A stretch of 46,551 nucleotides of DNA. Source: an uncultured Thermotogae bacterium. Its GTDB lineage: Bacteria > Bipolaricaulota > Bipolaricaulia > UBA7950 > UBA9294. Under the pieces are notes generated by a model. That model searched no databases. It was not told where the DNA came from and saw only the letters and a program-made list of their open reading frames with translations. This document shows positions 14,182-21,700 of this stretch, one piece after another. Location of the stretch: NCBI GenBank assembly GCA_964354815.1, contig CAYHBG010000003.1:1-46551 (forward strand). The letters are read 5' to 3'. How positions within the stretch are numbered: the stretch's first letter is position 1; each line of letters begins with the position of its first letter. The position numbers were made by a program, and so were the translations under genes.

Positions 14182-15040
14182 ACGTTATTCCCCCACCGCC
14201 GCCCTCGGCGTCTGAACCGTCCCCCACGCAGCCGTCGGGGATCGGTGTTGAGTCGTTCTCCAGAATGCAGTTGTCGATGATGTAGTCCAGCTCCGCGTCG
14301 GCCCGCTGCGCTCCCGCCGTCGCGCGGATCGCCGCCGCGTCGTTGTCGTCGAGAAGACCGCGCGCGTATGCCGTCGTGGGGAGAGCGGCGATGGCCTCCA
14401 GGTCCGCGTCGAGCCAGGCGCTGTCGAGGCGAGCGCCGGCACCCGCCTTCGGAATCGCGTTGGCCGCGGCGGTCGCGGTGGCGACCTCGTCTCCTCCCCC
14501 GTTCTGGTGCTCGGTCGCGTGGGTCTCCTCTTCGAGGTCGTTGGCCACGTTGGTTCCGGCGTTCACCACGAGGTCGCAGTCGACCTTGGCGCCCGTGGTC
14601 TCCCACGTGCACAGCGCCTCGTCGGTCTCGGTCCCCACGACCTCGTCGGCCTCCGTCAGACCGTTCACCTGCGCGTCGGTGGCGGTCCCCGACAGCCAGC
14701 TGAAGTCGGGCTGCGCCCGCGTGACGGCGCCCGCGGCCACGCCCGTCACGCACTGGTTCGCGACGGCGGCCCCGAACACGATCTCGGCAGACAGCGAACC
14801 GCTGGCCGTTCCCACGAGGTAGTCGACGGTCGTCGGCGCGCCTCCACCCCCGCCGATGGCCGCTCCGCCGATGGTGGTGCCGGCACGGAGGTCGACCGGA
14901 GCCACGGTGTCGGCTGGAGCCGTCAGAAGCGCGTTGAGGCGCGCGTTCAGTTTGTTGACGCGGGGCGTGAGGTCCTGCGCCGAAGCGCCGACCGCGCACA
15001 GCAGCCCCACCCACACGACTAGCGCTTCAAGATTCCGCAT
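14144..15040 (-). CDS. Exported tail-fibre-like protein (298 aa)
   Basis: Signal peptide MRNLEALVVWVGLLCAVGASA/QD. Contains HATEHQNGGGDEV and ANAIPKAGAGARLDSAWLDADLEAIAAL, motifs I recognise from many phage tail-fibre proteins. Confidence 0.7.
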   Translation of the reverse strand: MRNLEALVVWVGLLCAVGASAQDLTPRVNKLNARLNALLTAPADTVAPVDLRAGTTIGGAAIGGGGGAPTTVDYLVGTASGSLSAEIVFGAAVANQCVTGVAAGAVTRAQPDFSWLSGTATDAQVNGLTEADEVVGTETDEALCTWETTGAKVDCDLVVNAGTNVANDLEEETHATEHQNGGGDEVATATAAANAIPKAGAGARLDSAWLDADLEAIAALPTTAYARGLLDDNDAAAIRATAGAQRADAELDYIIDNCILENDSTPIPDGCVGDGSDAEGGGGGITYANAAAATLAGF

Positions 15041-15312
15041 CGCGTAAGCATCGCCCCCATCGCCTCGACGGCCTCGGCCACGTGCGCCTCATCCCCCGCC
15101 GCCGTTTCCTGCTCCGCCAGCTGCACCAGCGCGAAGTAGCCGATCAACTGCTGCCTGTTCCACTTCCGACATACCCCCTCCGGCACCGGCCGCGGAGCGG
15201 GCGGCTGCCTCGGACATGCGAGAAAGCTCGTCGAGATCAGGATCAGAATCCACGAGAAGGTCGATCGTCGCCACGAGGTCGGCCATCCGCGACTGGATGT
15301 CGTCTCTCTCAC
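15019..15312 (-). CDS. Candidate o-spanin (outer-membrane lipoprotein), overlapped with the i-spanin gene
   Basis: Alternative frame, GTG start at 15312. WRRSTFSWILILISTSFLAC fits the lipobox pattern. The mature part begins CPRQPPAPRPVPEG (Pro-rich). By hand count, third-position GC in 15091-15216 is about 36/42 in this frame versus 21/42 in the i-spanin frame. Confidence 0.45.
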   Translation of the reverse strand: MRETTSSRGWPTSWRRSTFSWILILISTSFLACPRQPPAPRPVPEGVCRKWNRQQLIGYFALVQLAEQETAAGDEAHVAEAVEAMGAMLTRCGILKR

Positions 15313-15433
15313 GTTGCGCCTCCAACAGCCTCTTCTTGGTCTTCCTGCGCGCGGCCTCGACCGCGCAAAGCGCGGCGACCAACACGAGGATCACGCCCGC
15401 GTTGACCGCCGCCGCCCACGCCATCGCGCTCAC
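15089..15433 (-). CDS. Candidate i-spanin (N-terminal TM helix plus coiled coil)
   Basis: GTG at 15433 overlaps the holin stop (GTGA), with GAAGG 7 nt upstream; the alternative start is ATG at 15424. AWAAAVNAGVILVLVAALCAV is followed by the charged helical EAARRKTKKRLLEAQRERDDIQSRMADLVATIDLL. Confidence 0.5.
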   Translation of the reverse strand: MSAMAWAAAVNAGVILVLVAALCAVEAARRKTKKRLLEAQRERDDIQSRMADLVATIDLLVDSDPDLDELSRMSEAAARSAAGAGGGMSEVEQAAVDRLLRAGAAGGAGNGGGG

Positions 15434-15621
15434 GGGTTCGCCTTCGACCGCCGACGCAGGATGAACACACCCACGCCCAGAAGAGACAGCACCAGCGCGC
15501 CCCAAGGCGGCGGGATGATGGGCGTCTGCAGGAGCATCTGCTGCGCTGCCTCCAACCCGCCCAGAACCGCGACCGCCACCCCGGCCTCCGTCAGACCCGT
15601 CTTCTGAATTGCTCCGCTCAC
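15430..15621 (-). CDS. Candidate holin (63 aa, two hydrophobic segments, basic C-terminus)
   Basis: GTG at 15621 overlaps the upstream stop (GTGA), with GAGGAGG 7 nt upstream. GLTEAGVAVAVLGGLEAA and WGALVLSLLGVGVFIL are followed by RRRSKANP. Lies next to the endolysin and spanin genes. Confidence 0.5.
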   Translation of the reverse strand: MSGAIQKTGLTEAGVAVAVLGGLEAAQQMLLQTPIIPPPWGALVLSLLGVGVFILRRRSKANP

Positions 15622-15866
15622 TTCGCGTCCTCCTCTTTCATCGGGCAATCGGCCCGAAACAGCGTGAAGTCTTCGGACGTGACCGCGTGGTCCCCGTCGA
15701 GGTCGGCCCGTTTGTTGTAGCCCACGTCTCCCTCGGCCAGCCCCAGCGTTTCGTAGAACGCGCTGTAGTCGGCCAGCGTGGACTGTTTTCCGTCGCGGTC
15801 GAGGTCGCAGGGCTTGTCCTGGCACCCGGCCAGCACCAGCGCGGCGGCGAGAAGTAGTCGTTTCAT
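15618..15866 (-). CDS. Lipoprotein with two EF-hand/dockerin-like calcium-binding loops (82 aa)
   Basis: MKRLLLAAALVLAGC is a canonical lipobox. The loops are DLDRDGKQSTLAD and DLDGDHAVTSEDF. ATGA overlap with the endolysin stop. Confidence 0.65.
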   Translation of the reverse strand: MKRLLLAAALVLAGCQDKPCDLDRDGKQSTLADYSAFYETLGLAEGDVGYNKRADLDGDHAVTSEDFTLFRADCPMKEEDAK

Positions 15867-16261
15867 GCGGTCCCCCTCTGAGGCTTGGGGTCGTGCTCCA
15901 CGTGGATGTGGAGGTTCGTCCCTTCGCCGTGAACGATCACATCGTAGTCGGCCCCCAGCCATTTGCGAATCTGGGACCCCACGAGGTCGTAGTGCATCTT
16001 CAGCAGACGCTCGCCCCTCCCGTTCTCGGCCGTGAAGTCGAAGGCCTTGCAGGCCTCGTGCTGGTCCTTCGTGTCTCGGATGTGGCGGTGGCCCTCCGTC
16101 ACGCGGACGACCGACACGTCCTCGCGTAGGGCGAATGCCTGAACCGACGCTCGAAGGATCTCCAGCGTGTAGGGCTGGAAGTGCGCCGCGAACATGCGGC
16201 AGCCCCGCCCCGATGCAGAGTCTCTGTCGTCCTTGAATATCACGCGAGGTCCTAACGTCAT
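15863..16261 (-). CDS. Endolysin candidate, M15-type (hedgehog/DD-peptidase fold) zinc peptidase (132 aa)
   Basis: H-x6-D motif (QHEACKAFD) and LHIHVEH, preceded by LEILRASVQAF...VRVTEGHRH, as in Peptidase_M15_3-like phage lysins. ATGA overlap with the upstream gene. Confidence 0.6.
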   Translation of the reverse strand: MTLGPRVIFKDDRDSASGRGCRMFAAHFQPYTLEILRASVQAFALREDVSVVRVTEGHRHIRDTKDQHEACKAFDFTAENGRGERLLKMHYDLVGSQIRKWLGADYDVIVHGEGTNLHIHVEHDPKPQRGTA

Positions 16262-16575
16262 TTCAGTACGTGCTCCTTGAACCAGCCCCACACGGCAGAC
16301 AGCGCGCCGCCGCCCAGCACGATGGTCGCTCCCGTCCGCATCCAGGTGTCCTTGCGCTCGTCGGCCTTCTCCTCGGCGTCGTCGCGCTCGTCGAACCGCG
16401 CGTTGGTGTTCTCGATGTGCAGCGCCAGCGTGGTGTCGATGCGAGCAATCTTCTCGCCCTGCGAGTCGATCTTCGCGTGAATGTCCTTCAACGCCGCAGT
16501 CCTGTCCCGATTCGCCTCGGTGAACTTCTGATCGATGTGGTTGATCAGCGTGAGCGTGTCGTGTTCAGCGGGCAT
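16258..16575 (-). CDS. Coiled-coil protein with C-terminal TM anchor (105 aa)
   Basis: ATG at 16575 overlaps the upstream stop (TGATG). Helical, charged body, then TGATIVLGGGALSAVWGWF near the C-terminus. Confidence 0.55.
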   Translation of the reverse strand: MPAEHDTLTLINHIDQKFTEANRDRTAALKDIHAKIDSQGEKIARIDTTLALHIENTNARFDERDDAEEKADERKDTWMRTGATIVLGGGALSAVWGWFKEHVLK

Positions 16576-16667
16576 CAGGGGAACCCGCTCGTGGCGAACC
16601 ACGCGATTACTGCGCCGCCGCCGACCGCCTCCAGCACCCGCCAGTAGTGGAACTCGTCGTCAGCCAT
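16575..16667 (-). CDS. Micro-ORF, 30-aa membrane peptide
   Basis: MADDEFHYWRVLEAVGGGAVIAWFATSGFP. Its start overlaps the stop of the 437-aa gene and its stop overlaps the next start (TGATG at both ends). It exactly fills the gap between neighbours. Confidence 0.4.
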   Translation of the reverse strand: MADDEFHYWRVLEAVGGGAVIAWFATSGFP

Positions 16668-17980
16668 CAGGGCATGCCCACCGCAGCGCATGAGACCGGG
16701 ACGCCTTGGCGGATGTGGATGTTGTCTCGGTAGCGGTAGGCCACCTCTGCAAGTCCTGTGTCGTTGGCGAGGTTCGAGTATGCGTTCCACCAGAATGAGT
16801 TGTAGTAGTTGGAGACCATTGCAGTCGTGTCGAGTCCGCTGATGTGGATCACGAGCATCTCGTTGTGCCAGACCTTGAGTTCCATCGACGACGTGCCCAT
16901 GCCCGTGATATGCCCGCGCGTGCAGGCCCACTCACCCCACGGCCAATCCGTCGCACGGTCGTATTTCGTGACGCCGCTTCCCTCGTACTCATCGACGGCC
17001 CAGTTCGGGAATACGTTTCCGTCCGCCGAGAGGCCCATCTTCGTGTCGTCGTTCATGCAACCAATCGATCCGACATGCGCCGTAGCGGTGTGGATGTACG
17101 ACTCACAGGCGGCGTTGGATGTCACCCAGAAGAACGGCTGATAGGGGAAGAAATCGTTATCGCCCGCGCCGCCCGGGCCGATCATCCCCATGAACGGCTG
17201 TTCGTCTGCGGGTCTCCACTCTTCAAACTTCCAGGGAGCCCCTGATGTAATAATCCCGCTATCGATTGTGTTTGTGGCGTGCGCACTGAGCATCGTGAAC
17301 CCGATCTCAGTCGAGTTTGTAAAGTTCTTCTGACCAGCGCCGCCGTCCGTGTCGAAGTAGGCGCCGCCTCTTGGCACGCGGATCGCGAGGTGAGCATTTC
17401 CCGCTCCGATATCTGCGGTGGCACCAGTCCCACCCGTGAGGGTCAAGTCCGTGACTTCTTCGTCGAAGTCTCCCGAACGCTGAAACCAAACCTGCGATTT
17501 GTCATTGATATCAGGTCCCCAGCAATCGAGGCCAGCGCCGTTTAGAGCACCCTGCGCCGCCGAGCAGTATGTCAGAACACCGGCACATACACCCGTCGCT
17601 TCATTGACGTTCGACCCGCAGGCCGATCCAAGTGTCGGCGTTGGATCTGATGAACTGAAATAACCATCCCAAGACGGCTGACCGTAGATCGAGTACCACG
17701 TCGATGCTTCGCCTCGGTTATGGTTGACGCCTGAACCCGTGCCCGCGATGATGCTATTGGCCGTGTTCAGGTAGTAGTCCGGGTTCTCAAAGTCCTCGCA
17801 AAGCAACAGGCTCCCGTCCGACACCGTGTCGCAGTAGCAGTCGACGCCGTCTGTGCAGGCGCTGAATGAACCACCTCCACCGGCCGGAGGCGCGATTCGC
17901 GACACGCCGACGAAAGTCACGCCAGAGTCGGCCGACGCACTGACCGAAAATAGCAATGCAAGGACGACGAGAAACCGCAT
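16667..17980 (-). CDS. Exported Cys- and aromatic-rich protein (437 aa), candidate glycan-degrading enzyme
   Basis: Signal peptide MRFLVVLALLFSVSASA/DS. GAGGTG lies 4 nt upstream of the ATG at 17980; the alternative is ATG at 17992, overlapping the upstream stop. The C-terminal strand pattern (ELKVWHNEMLVIHISG...AYRYRDNIHIRQG) is reminiscent of concanavalin-like lyases/glucanases, but this is weak. Confidence 0.65.
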   Translation of the reverse strand: MRFLVVLALLFSVSASADSGVTFVGVSRIAPPAGGGGSFSACTDGVDCYCDTVSDGSLLLCEDFENPDYYLNTANSIIAGTGSGVNHNRGEASTWYSIYGQPSWDGYFSSSDPTPTLGSACGSNVNEATGVCAGVLTYCSAAQGALNGAGLDCWGPDINDKSQVWFQRSGDFDEEVTDLTLTGGTGATADIGAGNAHLAIRVPRGGAYFDTDGGAGQKNFTNSTEIGFTMLSAHATNTIDSGIITSGAPWKFEEWRPADEQPFMGMIGPGGAGDNDFFPYQPFFWVTSNAACESYIHTATAHVGSIGCMNDDTKMGLSADGNVFPNWAVDEYEGSGVTKYDRATDWPWGEWACTRGHITGMGTSSMELKVWHNEMLVIHISGLDTTAMVSNYYNSFWWNAYSNLANDTGLAEVAYRYRDNIHIRQGVPVSCAAVGMP

Positions 17981-17988
17981 AACACACC

Positions 17989-18750
17989 TCATTCTGATTT
18001 GAATCCGAGAACGGTCACAACCCAGTGGTTGTTTGCTGTGTAGGTTGACGACGCCGTTTGGGTGGTCAGAGGCGATGTGAACGATCTGCACCACGTGTAG
18101 GCCCCGTTCTGCTGGTGGACGTGATCGGCTGTCGTCCCGGCAACCACCGAGTTGCTGTGTGTTCCGCTCGTGTAGATTGCTGAAAGAGCGCACACCACGT
18201 TGTCAGAGCCGGTCGTCGAGAAAGACCCCGACAGAAGGCTAAGGCTGTTTCCCTGCCCCTCGCGCGTCCCGCTGATGTCCTTCGACACCGTCTCGGTTCC
18301 CGCTCGGCGGTACTGCATCACGATGATTCGGCTGTATGCCTTCGCCGCTCCCAGCGTGGCCGTGAACGTGGCCGTCGCGTTGGCCGACGCGCTCGTCTTG
18401 TAGAGCGGGTGGACGGTGATTTCGCCGCCCGAGTTGGTGATGTCCTCTCCTGTGTCGAAGGTCAGCGAGTTGGAGCCGCCGTCCGTGACGGTGGCCGTCG
18501 TGGCGCCGCCGTCCTCGTACGACACCATCGCGACGACGAGGTCGCCCGCCGCCAGGACAAGTGGGTCGGATGTGGAAACGGTCGTGCCAGCCGCGTCCAC
18601 TCCACCGCTCGCGGAGTCGACGAACGTGAACTCGGTGCCTCCACCCCCGCCGCCGCCGCCGCCGCTCTCGCCACCCCCGCCCATCGTGACGACGCCAGGC
18701 CACGCGCAGAGGAGCGGGATCGCGAGGAGAACGAGTAGTAGTTTTCGCAT
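17989..18750 (-). CDS. Exported protein with poly-Gly linker and beta-rich domain (253 aa)
   Basis: MRKLLLVLLAIPLLCAWPGVVTM, then GGGGESGGGGGGGGG, then a ~200-aa Ser/Thr-rich domain. Start overlaps the tailspike stop (TGATG). Confidence 0.65.
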   Translation of the reverse strand: MRKLLLVLLAIPLLCAWPGVVTMGGGGESGGGGGGGGGTEFTFVDSASGGVDAAGTTVSTSDPLVLAAGDLVVAMVSYEDGGATTATVTDGGSNSLTFDTGEDITNSGGEITVHPLYKTSASANATATFTATLGAAKAYSRIIVMQYRRAGTETVSKDISGTREGQGNSLSLLSGSFSTTGSDNVVCALSAIYTSGTHSNSVVAGTTADHVHQQNGAYTWCRSFTSPLTTQTASSTYTANNHWVVTVLGFKSE

Positions 18751-21700
18751 CAGTTTGCCGCCCAGTCGCCGGCCTTGCCCAGCACGATCCACTCGTCGTC
18801 AGCCCCGTTGTCGCGTCCGATCATGCACACGAAGTCGCCCGTCGTGGGCGTGCTGGCGTCGATCGTGGAACCGGCCGTTCCGGCCACGCCCGACAGCCTG
18901 ATCCAGTCGTCCGCGTCGGCGTCGATGATGAGGTTGCCGGCCCCGTTCATGTTGTAGAAGCATGCGTTGACCCCGTCGCCGGCCGTGGCGATCTTGGGGA
19001 GCGTGACCGTCTTCGTGGACCCGCTCGTGTACCAGTGGACCGCGCCTCGGATCGATCGTCCGCTGGGCGAGTGCGTGGTGCCCGACGTGGTGAGGTTGTA
19101 GGAGGTTCCGGTCAGGAACCCGCTCACGTCGAGGGGCTTGGTCGTGGTGATGATCGCGTTCGCCCCGTTGAGGAGCATGTACTGCTGATCGATTCCGGTC
19201 CCGTCGTCGACGACCATCTCCATCGATGACGTGGTGCCGTTGTCGCTGAGCCTGACCGCGACCTCCTGCGCGTCCGTCGCGCTCGTGAGCCTGACCTCGG
19301 CGGTGTCCGAGGGCGTGGTCGTGATCGTGGGCGCGACGACCGAACCGAGAAGCGTCAGCTTGTCGAGGGCGGCGTCATACACCATCCCCGCATCGCCGCC
19401 CAGAACGTCTCCGGTGTCGTGGTACTGAACGGTTCCGATGGCGCCGCCAGGTGCGCCGCTGCCACCCGTGTCGAGTGCCGTCAGCGCGTTGTTCTGGCAC
19501 TTCATCAGCTTGCCTTCAGACGTGTCGTAGAAGATCCCACCGCCCGGATTCGCGAAGGTGGAGCAGTCGTTCAGGGCGTCGCCCGTCTCGAACTCGACGC
19601 CGAGAGCGTCCGCGAACATCTCGGCCGTGTTGATCTGCGCGCCCGTGAAGGTGTTGCTCGCGTCGGTCCTCGCGGCCGTGAAGTTGGCGTCTGGGAACGT
19701 GACTGTCCTCGCCTGCGTCGGACCCGCGATCATCAGCGAGAAAGGCGCGAGCGGGAAGAAGTACTCGGTGTCTGCGCCGCCCGTGTCTGGCGCGAGAGAA
19801 ATGCTGTACTTGAACTCGGTCGGATTGTTGGTTGCGCCCTCTCCGATCCATCCGCCGGCTCCCGTTCCGGTGGTCGTGAACTCAAGTTGCTCGACGCCCA
19901 TCGACGCGGACGCGTAGTCCTTCGAGAAGTCGAAGTCGAAGGAGATCGTGTCGGGGTCGCCGTTCGTGAAGACGGGGACGATGCCTCGGCCACCGTACAG
20001 CTCGACTCCGTCCGGGGAATCGACGTAGTTGGTCCCTCCCTCGGAGATGGGGAACCCGTGATTGAACTGGGTCCACTCGCCCTCCGTCTTGCAGATCCCG
20101 TCGGTGGCGGGCGTCGGCTCGCACACGAAGAGGGTGTCGTCGGACTGGAAGCAGAGGTCTCCCGCAACGTGAACGCCGGCCGCGCCCCAGGCAGGGCAGT
20201 TGGCCGAATATCCCACTTCGCCCGTTGCGGTGGTCGCCAATGCTCCGTTCCACACGCTGATATTCGCGGAGTTGAGCAACCTGATCTCAGCCCCGCCAGT
20301 GTAGTTCACACCGCCAGCAAGGTCTCCTCCTATCACTACGTCGGGTGTGCCGAACCAGTTATTGTCGCTGCGCACGATGTCGTGCCCTACCGCCGCACTC
20401 GACATTTGTGGGGCGATTCCTATGTACGACGCATGATTGCTGACGATGTTGATGTTGTCGGTCTCGTTCTCCCAGTGCGTTCCAATATCCCGGACAAGGC
20501 ACGCCGACGCTGTCGTGTCGGTTCCGAGAATTGAGAGTCCGATCGTGTTGGCCTCAATGGTCGCACCCGACAAAGTTATGTTTTGGCACGACCCCTGGTC
20601 CGCTAGCAGAAGGCCCACATCGTTCGCCCTGATCTGAACGCCAGACAATAGGTTTGCGTTGGACTGATTGCTTTCGGGGCTGGCAATCGTCAATACCTTC
20701 GTCAGCTTGATACCCGCATCGAAGTTCTTGATCGTCCCGCCTATGATCTGCGACTTCAATCCGAACCGCATTAGGACACCAGTCCCTAACGTGTCAGTCA
20801 GGTCGCCCAAACTTGTGTCGATGCCGATCACGGAAACGTGATCGAGCAAGAAATTGGCGACACCGTGCTCTCCGGTCAAATACGCATCGAAGGCCTCCGA
20901 CTCGATCTGGATTCCAATCCCGTTTGCGGTGATACCCGGAAGAACCATGTCAAACCCGCGCAGCACCTGACTTGACCCATTCACTCGGATCGCGGTCTTG
21001 TCTGCGCTGTTGTTGATGATCAGCGTGCTTCCGCCATAGACGTTGTACTCCGTCGCGTTCATGGAGCCCGCCCCTTCCAGAGAGCAGTGCCCACGGTGGC
21101 CCCAGTTGTCAGCAGGCAGGTTGATGATGGGCGAAGCAATGGCCGTCGCGTCGATCGTTGTGACGCCAGCCGGCAGAATGACCCGACCACCGTTAGCGGC
21201 ATCGCAGGCTGCGAGCGCCTGAACGATTCCACCCGTGTCGGACCCTGACGCGTACTGCGACGCGAACCACGTGCGCGAGTCGAGCTTCTTCGTCTGAAGG
21301 TCGAGAACCTGAGTGATGCTGTTCCCGTTCGCTTCGAGCGGGCCTCCGAGGGTCGGCGAGCCGTCGGCGGCCACCTCGGCAATGCCGCCTCCGGCGATCC
21401 CGATCCCGACCCAGCTCGTACCGTTCCAACCGCACCACAGGTCGGCGGTGGCCGGCGTCCCGCCCACGTCGCAGACGGACCCCACGTTGTTGTCGTCGGT
21501 CAGCAGCCACTGGTCTCCGGCCGCCGGGACCGACAAGATCATGTCTTCGTAGAGGCCGCTTCCGATCACGCCGCCAGACCCGCTTCCCGCCGAAGCGGAG
21601 CAGAAAACCAGCGCGTACGACGGGATGGTGGTCGACGTTTCGGACGTGTCGACGACGATCCTGAACTGCGTGGAGTCCTGCGGCACCACGATGGTCTGGT

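Noticed and set aside
14112-15014. An alternative-frame 300-aa ORF overlapping the 298-aa fibre-like gene
   Set aside because: Its translation is an Arg/Gly/Asp-rich low-complexity string. The competing frame has a signal peptide, fibre motifs and proper coupling to its neighbours.
15430-15525. The holin candidate C-terminus IPPPWGALVLSLLGVGVFILRRRSKANP as a second PEP-CTERM-like sorting signal
   Set aside because: It lacks the PEP motif. The protein is only 63 aa with no separate signal peptide or passenger domain. Its position and two-segment topology fit a holin better.
16668-16931. The upstream 88 codons of track ORF 16575..16931
   Set aside because: They overlap the 3' end of the 437-aa gene in another frame and give an R/H/G-rich translation. 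Only the last 30 codons, starting at the ATG that overlaps the 437-aa stop, look like a gene.
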